A stretch of DNA of 64,000 nucleotides from Oceanispirochaeta sp. (GCA_963663385.2 CAXXXD010000004.1:448001-512000); one strand, 5' to 3'. Shown: positions 9,156 through 19,806, counted from the first letter of the stretch. The notes: generated from the sequence alone by a model not told the origin. Made by a program: numbers and translations.

Positions 9156-10289
9156 GTGGACAGAATTGCTTATATGGCATCCTATCTGAGGGGGATCACC
9201 TTTGATGGGGAGAAAGGGAAAATTATCCATTACACGGAAAAAAACATGGAAGGCAGTTTTCTTACGGTACAGCTTGCAAACCTGCCCGAGGACGAAGCTT
9301 CTCTCGCCTCCCTTCTCAAGAAGGAAGTGGGACAGAACCGGCTGGCAGAAGTTGTGACTCTCCCGGACGGAGGCAGTTTTATCATAGCCGACAGTTACGA
9401 TCAGGCCCTTCAGGCAGTCCGGGAAGGTTCGTTCGGAGAAAGAAAATTTCCCGAAGGCGGTATCCCGGCGGTAAAAGACAAGATTGCCCTTGTAACCGGC
9501 GGGGCGCAGGGATTCGGTGAAGGAATGGTCCGGGAACTGTTTGCCGCCGGCGCCTATGTCTATATTGCCGACATGAATGTAGAAGGCGCCGAGAGTCTTG
9601 CTTCGGAGCTGAATACCCAGGCAGGGGCAACAAGGGCATTTGCTCTTAAAGTCAATGTAACAAGCGAGGAGTCGGTGGAGGCCATGCTTGATTCGGTTGC
9701 CAGAACAACCGGCGGACTGGATATTTTTATCAGCAATGCGGGGGTACTGAAAGCGGGCAGTGTCAAAGAGATGGCTTTGAAGGATTTTCAGTTTGTAACG
9801 GATGTTGACTACACGGGATTCTTTATCTGCACCAAATTCACCGCCCGGCTGCTGGAAGTGCAGAATGCTCCCAGCGGAGAATACTATACGGATATTATCG
9901 GGATCAGCTCCAAATCCGGTCTGGAGGGATCCAACAAGAACGGAGCCTATGCGGGCGCCAAGTTCGGAAGCCTGGGGCTGACCCAGAGCTTTGCCCTGGA
10001 ACTGGTGACGGACAATATCAAAGTGAACTCCATCTGCCCCGGGAACTTTCTGGACGGGCCCCTGTGGTCCGATCCCGACCGGGGTCTGTTTGTCCAGTAT
10101 CTGAATGCCGGTAAGGTTCCGGGAGCAAAGACGATTGGGGATGTCCGGAAATTCTACGAGGACAAGGTTCCCATGAAGCGGGGCTGCCGGACGGAAGATG
10201 TGGTTAAGGCCATTTACTATATTGTGGATCAGAAATACGAAACAGGGCAGGCGGTGCCTGTCACCGGCGGCCAGGTTATGCTCAACTAG
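9156..10289 (+). CDS. SDR oxidoreductase, sorbitol-6-phosphate 2-dehydrogenase-like, with about 105 aa N-terminal extension
   Basis: TGGAQGFG, SSKSG..GSNKNGAYAGAKFG, KVPMKRGC, TGQAVPVTGGQVM resemble SrlD/SorD. Confidence 0.8.
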   Translation: MDRIAYMASYLRGITFDGEKGKIIHYTEKNMEGSFLTVQLANLPEDEASLASLLKKEVGQNRLAEVVTLPDGGSFIIADSYDQALQAVREGSFGERKFPEGGIPAVKDKIALVTGGAQGFGEGMVRELFAAGAYVYIADMNVEGAESLASELNTQAGATRAFALKVNVTSEESVEAMLDSVARTTGGLDIFISNAGVLKAGSVKEMALKDFQFVTDVDYTGFFICTKFTARLLEVQNAPSGEYYTDIIGISSKSGLEGSNKNGAYAGAKFGSLGLTQSFALELVTDNIKVNSICPGNFLDGPLWSDPDRGLFVQYLNAGKVPGAKTIGDVRKFYEDKVPMKRGCRTEDVVKAIYYIVDQKYETGQAVPVTGGQVMLN

Positions 10290-10316
10290 TTAAAGATTTT
10301 AGGGAGATTTGATTAT

Positions 10317-11579
10317 ATGAAAACGAAAGCGGTCAGGTTATATGGCAAGAAGGATTTAAGGCTGGAGGAGTTTGAACTCCCCGCAATTAAAGATGACGAG
10401 ATCCTGGCAACGGTTGTGTCGGACAGTATCTGTATGTCCTCCTATAAGGCAGCGTCTCAGGGAGCCGACCACAAACGGGTTCCCGATGATGTGGGTCAGA
10501 ATCCTATTATTATCGGACATGAGTTCTGCGGGGAGATCCTTGAGGTCGGTTCCAAGTGGGCCGGTCAGTTCAGGGCGGGTCAGAAGTTTTCCATTCAGCC
10601 GGCTTTGAACTATAAGGGGTCCCTGGATGCGCCGGGTTACTCTTTTCAGTATATAGGAGGAGATGCGACCAATATCATTATCCCCAATGAGGTAATGGAG
10701 ATGAACTGTCTGCTGCCTTACGAAGGGGACGCCTACTTTATGGGATCACTGAGTGAGCCTGTTTCCTGTATCGTCGGAACCTATCACGCCATGTACCACA
10801 TCCCCCAGGGAACCTATATTCACGATATGGGAATCCGGGAGGGAGGCAGCCTGGCTATTCTGGCCGGTGTCGGCCCTATGGGACTGGGTGCCATCGATTA
10901 TGCCATTCATGCCCCTGTAAAACCGGGTCTTCTGGTTGTAACGGATATAGACGATGCCAGGCTGGAGCGGGCGGCATCCATCTATACGGTGGAAGAAGCG
11001 GCAAAAAACGGTGTGAAACTGATCTATAAAAATACAAAAGACTGTGCCGATCCCAATGCGGAGCTGATGGCTCTGACCGGGGAAAGGGGGTTTGATGATG
11101 TTCTGGTTATGGCTCCCGTCCGTCCCCTTATTGAACAGGGGGATGCCATTTTGACCAAAGACGGCTGTCTGAACTTCTTTGCAGGTCCTTCCAATACGGA
11201 GTTTATGGCTGAGTTGAACTTTTATAATGTCCATTACGCTTTCCATCATATTGTCGGAACCAGCGGTGGAAATACGGATGATATGAAGGAATCCCTGGAG
11301 ATGATGGGAGACGGACGGCTTAACCCTTCTGCCATGATTACCCATATCGGCGGTCTGGATGCGGTTGTGGATACAACTTTAAACCTCCCCAATATCCCGG
11401 GAGGTAAAAAACTGGTCTATAATCATAAAAAGATGAACCTGACAGCTATTGCGGACTTTGAAGAGCTGGGGAAAACCTCTCCCTTCTTTGCCGAACTGGA
11501 CAAGCTGGTTAAAAAGCATAACGGCCTGTGGAACGTGGAAGCGGAAAAGTACTTCCTGGCCAACGCAGAGGATATCTGA
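10317..11579 (+). CDS. sorE: Zn-dependent dehydrogenase, L-sorbose 1-phosphate reductase-like
   Basis: MKTKAVRLYGKKDLRLEEFELP, DSICMSSYK, GHEFCG, EPVSC, GTSGGNTDDM, IPGGKKL. Confidence 0.8.
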   Translation: MKTKAVRLYGKKDLRLEEFELPAIKDDEILATVVSDSICMSSYKAASQGADHKRVPDDVGQNPIIIGHEFCGEILEVGSKWAGQFRAGQKFSIQPALNYKGSLDAPGYSFQYIGGDATNIIIPNEVMEMNCLLPYEGDAYFMGSLSEPVSCIVGTYHAMYHIPQGTYIHDMGIREGGSLAILAGVGPMGLGAIDYAIHAPVKPGLLVVTDIDDARLERAASIYTVEEAAKNGVKLIYKNTKDCADPNAELMALTGERGFDDVLVMAPVRPLIEQGDAILTKDGCLNFFAGPSNTEFMAELNFYNVHYAFHHIVGTSGGNTDDMKESLEMMGDGRLNPSAMITHIGGLDAVVDTTLNLPNIPGGKKLVYNHKKMNLTAIADFEELGKTSPFFAELDKLVKKHNGLWNVEAEKYFLANAEDI

Positions 11580-11607
11580 CAGAGCAATTCAGACGCCTGC
11601 ATTCAGG

Positions 11608-11683
11608 CCCTCACCCTGCCCTTTGGTCACAAACTTCGTTTGTTGCTCAGGCATGCAACCGGCCTCTCCCAAAGGGCGAGGGT
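11608..11683. repeat. Structured intergenic element: CCCTCACCCTG...GGGCGAGGGT shell enclosing a two-hairpin core
   Basis: GCCCTTTGG/CCAAAGGGC outer stem; core TGGTC-ACAAAC-TTC-GTTTGT-TGCTC-AGGC-ATGCAACCG-GCCT; related copy at 59851-59966. Confidence 0.7.
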
Positions 11684-11719
11684 AGATCTGTTTTAATGAT
11701 ACTGGAAATATTAATCGAT

Positions 11720-11739
11720 CCCCGAGCGTAGTCGAGGGG
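11720..11739. repeat. REP-like imperfect palindrome CCCC-GAGCGTAGTCGA-GGGG
   Basis: Resembles the stem-GAGCGNAGTCGA-stem type of extragenic palindrome; single copy in the window. Confidence 0.45.
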
Positions 11740-11762
11740 GAGAGGGAAAAGGAGTCATGCAT

Positions 11763-13196
11763 ATGAAAAAATACATCGCTGTGGACCTGGGGGCCTCTAA
11801 CGGACGGGTCATTGTGGGAAATCCGGAGAAATTCGAGGTGACAAACCGTTTTCCCACCTGGAATATCCGTCTGGGAGACAGTGTTTTCTGGGATATCCTT
11901 GCCATCTTTAATGAGATAAAGAAAGGGATCAAAGAAGCGGTAAAACGCTATCCTGAAGATATTGTCAGTATAGGAATTGATACCTGGGGGGTTGATCATG
12001 GCCTTCTGGACAAAAACGGCGCTCTGATCGGGAACCCCTATATGTACAGGGACAGCAGAACCGATACGGCCATGGATGAACTGTTCAGGGTTGTGCCGAA
12101 AAATGAGGTCTATAACCGGACGGGAATCCAGTTCAATCAGTTTAATACGATTTATCAGCTGTGGGCGATGAAACGGGATGCTCCGGAAGTTCTGGCTGCG
12201 GCGGAGCACTACCTGTCTATTCCGGATCTGCTCAACTACTGGTTGACGGGGGTTATGAAAAACGAGTTTTCCCATGCCTCTACCACTCAGCTGATGAATC
12301 CCTATGACAAAACATGGGATACAGAGCTGATGGATAAACTGGGGCTCCCTGAAAAGATCTTTGGAGAGATTGTTCCTTCCGGTACGGTAATCGGCCCTCT
12401 GGCTCCTCATATTGCAGAAGAGCTGGGAGCACCCGAATCCCTGCAGGTGGTTGCGGTCGGGGCTCATGATACCGCTTCAGCCGTGGCAGCGGTTCCTGTC
12501 GGAGAAGGACAGGAAAACCTTTTTCTCAGCTCCGGGACCTGGTCTCTGCTGGGAGTTGAGTCGGAAGTCCCGGTGATTAATGAAAAAACATACGCCTATG
12601 ACCTTACCAATGAGGGAACCGTCAGCGGCACGACCCGTCTGCTGAAAAATATCATGGGGATGTGGATACTGCAGGAATCAAAGCGCTACTGGGATGAGCA
12701 CGATGACAAGTACTCCTGGGATGAACTGTCTGAAATGGCCCGGGAGTTCGGTCCGGTCAAGTGGCATCTGGATCCCAACGACTCCCTGTTTTTTGCCCCT
12801 TCATCCATTGATGATCCCATGCCGGAAAGGATCCGGAAATTCTGTGAGAGGAACGGATGGGAACCGCCTGCTTCCATCGGTGAGATTGTAAGAGGAATCT
12901 TTCAGGGACTGGCGGAAACTTACGGTAAAACTGTCGATGCGCTGGAAGATATCACCGGTAAAAAGTACAATGAGCTCTATATTGTGGGCGGCGGGTGTCA
13001 GGAAACCCTTCTGTGTGAATTGACGGCGGAAATCTCCGGACGGACGGTATATGCCGGACCGGTCGAGGCTACAGCGCTGGGGAATATTCTGGTCCAGTCT
13101 CTGGCTTCAGGGGAGATCTCTTCCATTCAGGAAGGGCGGCATCTGCTTAAAACGACCCAGGATATAAAAAAATATGTTCCCGTATCTGCCCAATAG
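11763..13196 (+). CDS. Rhamnulokinase-like FGGY sugar kinase
   Basis: AVDLGASNGRV, GIDTWGVD, YRDSRT, HDTASAV, SSGTWSL, KNIMGMW, GPVEATA. Confidence 0.88.
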   Translation: MKKYIAVDLGASNGRVIVGNPEKFEVTNRFPTWNIRLGDSVFWDILAIFNEIKKGIKEAVKRYPEDIVSIGIDTWGVDHGLLDKNGALIGNPYMYRDSRTDTAMDELFRVVPKNEVYNRTGIQFNQFNTIYQLWAMKRDAPEVLAAAEHYLSIPDLLNYWLTGVMKNEFSHASTTQLMNPYDKTWDTELMDKLGLPEKIFGEIVPSGTVIGPLAPHIAEELGAPESLQVVAVGAHDTASAVAAVPVGEGQENLFLSSGTWSLLGVESEVPVINEKTYAYDLTNEGTVSGTTRLLKNIMGMWILQESKRYWDEHDDKYSWDELSEMAREFGPVKWHLDPNDSLFFAPSSIDDPMPERIRKFCERNGWEPPASIGEIVRGIFQGLAETYGKTVDALEDITGKKYNELYIVGGGCQETLLCELTAEISGRTVYAGPVEATALGNILVQSLASGEISSIQEGRHLLKTTQDIKKYVPVSAQ

Positions 13197-13231
13197 AATG
13201 GGACAGGGCGTCCGGGACGGGAGATCGCGTT

Positions 13232-13903
13232 TTGAGTGAAAAAAAACTGAAGGGCATCCTTTTTGATATGGACGGGGTGCTGGCAGATTCGGAAGAGTTT
13301 ATCTGTGAGGCAGCCATGAAAATGTTTGCCGAATTGGGGCTGGCTGTCCAGGCGGAGGATTTTCTTCCTTTTGTGGGAGCAGGAGAAAACCGTTATCTCG
13401 GCGGAGTGGCAGAGAAATACGGTTTCGATCTGGACTGTTCGATAGGCGGTATTGATCCGGCAAAAGCCCGTACATACGAAATCTACGGTCAGATAATCAG
13501 GGGGCGGATGAAGGAGCTTCCCGGAGCTGCGGATTTTGTCAGGACCTGTCGGGAGAAAGGTCTGAAAACCGCTTTGGCGACAAGCGCGGATAAAACGAAA
13601 ATGGTCTATACCCTAGAAGAGATCGGGCTCCCCCTGGATGTCTTTGACGCCAGTATTAACGGGCTGGATGTGGAAAGGAAAAAACCTTTTCCGGACATTT
13701 ATATAAAAGCGGCGGAACTTCTGGGACTGAAACCGGAATCCTGTCTTGTTGTAGAAGATGCTGTTAACGGCGTACAGGCTGCGCTGGCAGCCGGAAGCCG
13801 GTGCCTGGGGCTTACAAGCAGCTTTACAGAGGAAGAGCTGGAAGGAGCAGACTGGTTTGCTCCCAATCTGGCGGAGGTTCCCCCGGAAGTTCTTCTGTGG
13901 TAG
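13232..13903 (+). CDS. HAD-family sugar phosphatase / beta-phosphoglucomutase-like
   Basis: FDMDGVL, KPFPDIY, VVEDAVNG. Confidence 0.88.
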   Translation: MSEKKLKGILFDMDGVLADSEEFICEAAMKMFAELGLAVQAEDFLPFVGAGENRYLGGVAEKYGFDLDCSIGGIDPAKARTYEIYGQIIRGRMKELPGAADFVRTCREKGLKTALATSADKTKMVYTLEEIGLPLDVFDASINGLDVERKKPFPDIYIKAAELLGLKPESCLVVEDAVNGVQAALAAGSRCLGLTSSFTEEELEGADWFAPNLAEVPPEVLLW

Positions 13904-14000
13904 TATCAATATACAACTGTATCAATCCGGGACCTGATTATTTCCTGAATTAATCGGGCCCGAAAAATTCAATTATCTTTTAAGAGTAAGGAAGACACTT

Positions 14001-16031
14001 ATGAGTAATGACATTATGAATAAGGCTGCGGACAATATCCGTATCCTTTCGGCAGCAATGGTTGAGAAAGCCAAATCCGGTCATCCCGGAGGGGCCATGG
14101 GCGGAGCAGATTTTGTGAATGTGCTTTTTTCCGAATTTATGAACTTCGACCCCAAAGACGGAACCTGGATCAACAGAGACCGGTTCTTTCTGGATCCCGG
14201 TCATATGTCTCCCATGCTGTATTCCATCCTTTCCTTTTATGGACACTATTCCATGGATGAACTGTCCAGTTTCCGTCAGTGGGGAAGCCCCACGCCGGGT
14301 CATCCCGAAGTGGATTCCAGCCGGGGTGTTGAAAATACGTCCGGACCTCTGGGACAGGGGCATACATTTGCTGTCGGAGCCGCTATTGCCGAGAAATTCC
14401 TGACAGCCAAATTCGGCGACTGGATGAGTCATAAAATTTATGCCTTTATCTCTGACGGGGGTGTTCAGGAAGAGATCTCTCAGGGGGCGGGTAGAATTGC
14501 CGGTACCCTGGGACTGGACAACCTGATCATGTTCTACGATTCCAACGATATTCAGCTTTCCACAACTGTTTCCGAAGTAACTGTAGAGGACACAGCGAAA
14601 AAATACGAAGCCTGGGGATGGAAGGTTCTTTCCATTAACGGGAATGATGCCGATGCAATCCGCGGTGCTTTGACCGAGGCTCAGGCCGTAAAGGGCCGGC
14701 CGACCCTTATTATCGGAAAAACCATTATGGGAAAAGGCGCTGTAGACGCAGACGGAAACAGCTTCGAAGGAAAAACTTCCACCCACGGTCAGCCTCTGAG
14801 CGCCGCCGGCGCTTCTTTTGAGAAGACAATTGAAAACCTCGGAGGCGATGCTTCCGCTCCTTTTAAAATTTTCCCCGAAGTTCAGGCCTGGCTTGACGGT
14901 GTGATCAGTGAAAAATCTTCTGCGGCAGCTGTTAAAAAAGCGGAGCAGGCGGAATGGGCCAAAGCCAATCCCGAGCTGGCAGCCAAACTGGATCTTTTCT
15001 ACAGCGGTAAAGTCCCCGCTATTGACTGGGCCGGTATCGAACAGAAATCCGGTGTGGCTACAAGAGCTGCCTCCGCTGCGGTTCTCGGTGTACTGGCTGA
15101 ACAGGTGGAAAACATGATTGTTTCATCTGCGGACCTTTCCAATTCCGATAAAACCGACGGATTCCTCAAGAAGACCAAGGCTATCACAAAAGATGATTTT
15201 TCCGGTGCTTTCCTGCAGTCCGGTGTCGCCGAGCTGACCATGGCCTGTATCTGTTCCGGTATGGCTCTCCATGGCGGTGTGATCCCCGCCTGCGGAACCT
15301 TCTTTGTATTTTCCGACTATATCAAACCCGCCCTCAGAACGGCTGCTCTCATGGAGCTTCCCGTTGTGTATGTGTGGACCCACGATGCTTTCCGCGTAGG
15401 AGAGGACGGCCCGACTCATCAGCCTGTTGAGCATGAAGCTCAGCTCCGCCTGATGGAACAGCTTCAGAATCACTCCCGCAAAAACAGTGTACTGGTTCTG
15501 CGTCCGGCTGATGCCCAGGAAACAACCGCTGCCTGGAAAATGGCTATTGAAAACCGGAATACACCTACGGCTCTGATCCTGTCCAGACAGAATATCAAGG
15601 AGCTTCCTGCGGAATCCGACCGTGTGAAAGAAGCTTTCCAGGCGGAAAAAGGCGCCTATATTGTAGAATCTGCCGGTGGTAAAGCCGATGTGGTTCTGGT
15701 GGCATCCGGTTCCGAAGTGGCTACTCTGGTAGAAGGAGCCGCTATGCTGAGAGAGAAGAAAGGGCTGAAGGTTCAGGTTGTCTCCGCGCCTTCCGAAGGC
15801 CTTTTCCGGAATCAGGATGCTTCCTATCAGGAAGAGGTGCTTCCTGCGGGTGTTCCCAAGTTCGGCTTGACCGCCGGTCTGCCTGTAACCCTCCAGGGAC
15901 TGGTGGGGGCTGACGGCAAGGTTTTCGGTCTAAACTCATTTGGTTTCAGCGCCCCTGCGGGCGTTCTGGACGGGAAACTGGGCTATACAGGTGAAAATGT
16001 GTTTAATCAGGTAACGGAGATGCTTAAATAG
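14001..16031 (+). CDS. tkt: Transketolase
   Basis: SGHPGGAMG, TSGPLGQG, THDAFRVGEDGPTHQP, LILSRQ. Confidence 0.96.
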   Translation: MSNDIMNKAADNIRILSAAMVEKAKSGHPGGAMGGADFVNVLFSEFMNFDPKDGTWINRDRFFLDPGHMSPMLYSILSFYGHYSMDELSSFRQWGSPTPGHPEVDSSRGVENTSGPLGQGHTFAVGAAIAEKFLTAKFGDWMSHKIYAFISDGGVQEEISQGAGRIAGTLGLDNLIMFYDSNDIQLSTTVSEVTVEDTAKKYEAWGWKVLSINGNDADAIRGALTEAQAVKGRPTLIIGKTIMGKGAVDADGNSFEGKTSTHGQPLSAAGASFEKTIENLGGDASAPFKIFPEVQAWLDGVISEKSSAAAVKKAEQAEWAKANPELAAKLDLFYSGKVPAIDWAGIEQKSGVATRAASAAVLGVLAEQVENMIVSSADLSNSDKTDGFLKKTKAITKDDFSGAFLQSGVAELTMACICSGMALHGGVIPACGTFFVFSDYIKPALRTAALMELPVVYVWTHDAFRVGEDGPTHQPVEHEAQLRLMEQLQNHSRKNSVLVLRPADAQETTAAWKMAIENRNTPTALILSRQNIKELPAESDRVKEAFQAEKGAYIVESAGGKADVVLVASGSEVATLVEGAAMLREKKGLKVQVVSAPSEGLFRNQDASYQEEVLPAGVPKFGLTAGLPVTLQGLVGADGKVFGLNSFGFSAPAGVLDGKLGYTGENVFNQVTEMLK

Positions 16032-16061
16032 TCTTCCTATACGGATCATTTTTAATAACAC

Positions 16062-16102
16062 AAGCCGCTTTCAGGTGTTTTTCCTGTGAAGCGGCTTTTT
16101 TT
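16062..16102 (+). terminator. Rho-independent terminator after tkt
   Basis: AAGCCGCTT...AAGCGGCTT followed by a T-run. Confidence 0.8.
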
Positions 16103-16217
16103 ATTAGTAAAAATAATATATTTTGCTTAAAATTTAAAAAAAATTGTAATGAACAAATGCCGGAAAAAGCATCTGTTCAGGAACAAAAATTCAGAATAAA
16201 AAATAATTGGAGTCGAA

Positions 16218-18275
16218 ATGAAGTTTTCCAATATGCGAATCGGTACAAAATTAATCCTCCTTATGTCTTTAACTGTTACGTTGATGATCGGTGTGTTTAT
16301 TGCCTTTGTAAGAACCGGGACCCTGGAACTGGCGAACAGGGATGCCGAAGTGATTGCCCGTGAATATGCTCAGCATTATGGATGGAAGGTCAATCAGATT
16401 TTTCAGACGGTCATCAGTGAAACCGATGCAATGGCAGACGCCCTGGAAGGGGTCGCTGGTGCCGATATTGAAGGGGAACCCCGGGAAATGGTAACGGCTA
16501 TGCTGAAAAACTGGTATGACCGGGGGCGGAAAGAAAGCCAGATATACGATACATGGGCCATGTTTGAGCCCGGAGCTTTAGATGGCCGGGATAAGGAGTA
16601 TGCCGGCTCGGAACGGTATGGGAATGAGGGCTATTACAGTGCCTGGATTCTGGGGGATGATGTATATCCTCTGGAACTTTACGGAAATGCTTCTGATGAC
16701 CGCTGGTATCTTGAGCCGAAGGGGCGAGGGAAAATTACTGTTACCGATTTTTATCAGTATGAATATCCCGACGGGATAAAGACTGTTGTTGCCATCGGTG
16801 CTCCCATGTATGATTCATCCGGAAATTTTCTGGGAGTAGTAGGCTGTGACTTTGAAATCGGCTCCCTTCATGATCTTATCAGCCAGGTGCGGATTTATGA
16901 AACCGGCTACCTGACTTTTCTTTCGGAAACAGGAGGGATTGTTTCTACCAGAGATGAGGACGCTCTGGGAGATACCCTTGACTATTTCCCCTGGATGAAT
17001 AACGAAATCCGGAAAAATATAGAACGCCGGGAACCGTTCAGCTTTGAATATGAGTCGGAACTGCTGAACGACAGGGTTCTGGCCTATTCCACACCTATTG
17101 TACTGGGATATAGCGGCAATGTGTGGTCCATGCTGGTCAGTATCCCAGTAGGGGAAGTGAACTATTTTGCCAACAGGCTTACCCGGATGATCCTGATTTT
17201 CGGTATTATAGCGGTTTGTATAACAATTTTCCTTATCAGTCTTGTTTCCCGGACTATAACCAATCCTCTGAAGCTGGCTATAGGTTTTGCCGGTGAGATC
17301 TCAAAGGGAAATCTTAAAACCCAATTTGAATCAGGACGGAAAGATGAACTGGGTGATCTGGCGGATGCCCTGAATCATATGAAGGATAACCTGGTCCAAA
17401 TCATTACCAGTATCCGGGACAGCTCAGAGCAGTTTCAGGCCGGAAGCAACCAGATAAGCCGTTCTGCCGTGCATATCTCCGAAGGAGCCAATCAGCAGGC
17501 CGCCGGAGTGGAGGAGATTTCCTCCAGCATGGAGGAGCTTATGTCCAATATTCAGCAGAACTCGGAAAATGCCAACCACTCCAGCAAACTGGCCATTGAA
17601 GCTTCCGGATCGGCCAGGCAGGGAGGAGACGCGGTAAACGAAACAGTAGAGGCCATGAAGGCAATTGCTGAGAAAATCGCTGTGATTGAAGATATCTCCC
17701 GCAATACGAATATGCTGGCCCTAAATGCGGCTATCGAAGCAGCCAGGGCGGGTGAGGCCGGTAAGGGCTTTGCCGTTGTAGCCTCGGAAGTGCGGAAACT
17801 GGCGGAACATAGTTCAAAAGCTGCTTCAGAGATAACGGATATTGCAGGAAAAAGTGTTGCGGGAGCGGAGAAAGCCGGTGAAATCATTGCCAGGGTTGTT
17901 CCGGACATAGGTAAAACCGCTGATCTGATACAGGAGATTTCTGCCGCCAGCGAAGAGCAGAGTCATGGTTCCGAACAGGTAAACAGTGCCATATTGCAGA
18001 TGAATCAGGTTGTACAGAAGAATGTGAGTGTAGCCGATGATATGGCCAGTATGGCCGAAGAGCTGGATAGTCAGGCTCAGTCCCTGCTGGAACGTATCGC
18101 CTTTTTTCAGCTGGCAAGTGATATAAAACGTTCCAGGGCGCTGCCGGACCCCGCTCCTGTGCTGAAAAAACAGGTTAAGCTCTCCTCTTTTACCAGTCTT
18201 CCCGATAGATCACCGAGTGAGACTGATCAGCAGAGTCGTGAGCCTGCTGACGATGATGATTTTATGGAATTCTAA
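16218..18275 (+). CDS. Methyl-accepting chemotaxis protein (Cache sensor, HAMP)
   Basis: Two TM segments, [33 protein letters not shown]-terminal DFMEF. Confidence 0.95.
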   Translation: MKFSNMRIGTKLILLMSLTVTLMIGVFIAFVRTGTLELANRDAEVIAREYAQHYGWKVNQIFQTVISETDAMADALEGVAGADIEGEPREMVTAMLKNWYDRGRKESQIYDTWAMFEPGALDGRDKEYAGSERYGNEGYYSAWILGDDVYPLELYGNASDDRWYLEPKGRGKITVTDFYQYEYPDGIKTVVAIGAPMYDSSGNFLGVVGCDFEIGSLHDLISQVRIYETGYLTFLSETGGIVSTRDEDALGDTLDYFPWMNNEIRKNIERREPFSFEYESELLNDRVLAYSTPIVLGYSGNVWSMLVSIPVGEVNYFANRLTRMILIFGIIAVCITIFLISLVSRTITNPLKLAIGFAGEISKGNLKTQFESGRKDELGDLADALNHMKDNLVQIITSIRDSSEQFQAGSNQISRSAVHISEGANQQAAGVEEISSSMEELMSNIQQNSENANHSSKLAIEASGSARQGGDAVNETVEAMKAIAEKIAVIEDISRNTNMLALNAAIEAARAGEAGKGFAVVASEVRKLAEHSSKAASEITDIAGKSVAGAEKAGEIIARVVPDIGKTADLIQEISAASEEQSHGSEQVNSAILQMNQVVQKNVSVADDMASMAEELDSQAQSLLERIAFFQLASDIKRSRALPDPAPVLKKQVKLSSFTSLPDRSPSETDQQSREPADDDDFMEF

Positions 18276-19789
18276 ACCGGCAGCAGGGCCGCATGACTGG
18301 AAGTAAACACGGGGGGAGTCCTTTTCAGGATCTCCCTCAGTGCCGGGACTTTTTTAAACTCCCGGCTCAGGAACTCCCTGATCTCCCCCCGGTTCCAGCC
18401 GGCGGGGTGAACAAATTCCCGGTAGAGAGCAAGGTCTCCTTCGTAAAACGAACGGGTTTTAAGGTTAAGGGCCTCTTCGCTGCCCACGGGCATATTGAAG
18501 ATGGAGACATTCAGATAGTCGATATACGCGCTGTGGCTCAGGACGAAATCCCGCGTTCGGAAGGCGGCGGTCCGGTCTTCCGCCGGGGTTCCGAACATTA
18601 TATAGATAAATGTCTTTATCCCCGCATCCTTCAGATTCTTGAGAATGATGGAGACCTGTTCCAGATTGATCCCTTTTTTCAGGCTGTCCAGTACGTCCTG
18701 ATCCCCCGATTCCAGACCCATGCAGAGCATCCGGCAGCCCGAGGCCGCCAGCTTCCGGCAGTAGGCCGCTCCCGTCATTTCCGGTATAAACCTGCTGAAA
18801 CCGTACCAGTCGGCATCCGGCGGCCGCTTGAGAAGAACCTGCAGCAGCTGACGGCTGATCTCACTATCGCAGAAATGAATCAGGTCCGGCTTATGCTCCG
18901 TACAGAGAGCCTTCAACTCTTTCTCAACCCGGGCAGGGGGGACTTCGCAGTAGGCATTGTCTTCCCAGTTCTCCGAGCAGAAGGTGCAGCGTTTCCAGGA
19001 ACAGCCTGTTGAGGCGGCATAGGGCAGAATCTTTACCGGCGACAGGTATTTCCCGTGAATGGATGGATTGTACAGATCTCCGAAAAAGGGCAGACCCGGG
19101 CCGCAGTAGACGCGACCAGTAAATTCAACAATATTTTTTTCACCCTCTCCGGACTGTATTCCGTCAGCCAGCCGGCTCAGGAACCTTGTATCCGAAGGAC
19201 CCTTTACCCAGGAATTGATAAGTCCCCCGCCCAGCTGAATTTTTATCCGGGGAAATTGTTTTTTGATAAATCCGCAGATAGCCATTCCCGTAAGAGCCTG
19301 GCTGAGGTAGCCGATAGATATCCCAACGTGGCTGTGAACGCCTTTCTCCAGAAGTTCTGCAATACGGCGGGAGAACCAGGGGTAGAAAAGATCTTCTTCG
19401 GGGCGTTTCCAGCTGAGAATGAGGTCCTCCGACTTTAGGGGGGAACGCCCCGGATCCTGGAAGTCGGCAGGGGTCAGGTGGCAGTCTTTATCCGTTACAG
19501 GTTTGGCTGTTGCAGCCAGCCGTTTGATATCGGAAACCTGTTTGATGTAACGGTCCCTGGAACAGGCACTGCCCTCCATATTCAGGATACGGTCTTTTTT
19601 CCGTCTGACCAGTCGGGCCTGAGGGTCTTCCGTGTCCCCGGGGGGCTGGCTGCAGAGCCAGAGGAATCCTTCCAGTGCCCCATCCACCAGGGTAACCTCC
19701 TCTCCTGCCTCCTTCAAGGCTCCTGCCAGTCGGGTGAGGGCTACGGGAGGTTCACAGTTGCGGACTTGCGGTGGATGGATCAGCAGCAT
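18272..19789 (-). CDS. B12-binding-domain type radical SAM protein
   Basis: LLIHPP..PPVAL..LAG N-terminus; CSWKRCTFC; GLESG; MFGTPAE. Confidence 0.85.
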   Translation of the reverse strand: MLLIHPPQVRNCEPPVALTRLAGALKEAGEEVTLVDGALEGFLWLCSQPPGDTEDPQARLVRRKKDRILNMEGSACSRDRYIKQVSDIKRLAATAKPVTDKDCHLTPADFQDPGRSPLKSEDLILSWKRPEEDLFYPWFSRRIAELLEKGVHSHVGISIGYLSQALTGMAICGFIKKQFPRIKIQLGGGLINSWVKGPSDTRFLSRLADGIQSGEGEKNIVEFTGRVYCGPGLPFFGDLYNPSIHGKYLSPVKILPYAASTGCSWKRCTFCSENWEDNAYCEVPPARVEKELKALCTEHKPDLIHFCDSEISRQLLQVLLKRPPDADWYGFSRFIPEMTGAAYCRKLAASGCRMLCMGLESGDQDVLDSLKKGINLEQVSIILKNLKDAGIKTFIYIMFGTPAEDRTAAFRTRDFVLSHSAYIDYLNVSIFNMPVGSEEALNLKTRSFYEGDLALYREFVHPAGWNRGEIREFLSREFKKVPALREILKRTPPVFTSSHAALLPV

Positions 19790-19806
19790 GGTGGGAGTAT
19801 AGCATA

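Noticed and set aside
11624..11665. c-di-GMP-II riboswitch (shares TGCAACCG)
   Set aside because: The remaining conserved elements are not evident and the second copy is antisense to the local genes; cmscan is needed to exclude it formally
16151..16179. Hairpin GAACAAATGC...GCATCTGTTC upstream of the MCP as a c-di-GMP-I riboswitch
   Set aside because: Single hairpin with no GCAAA/GNRA two-stem architecture
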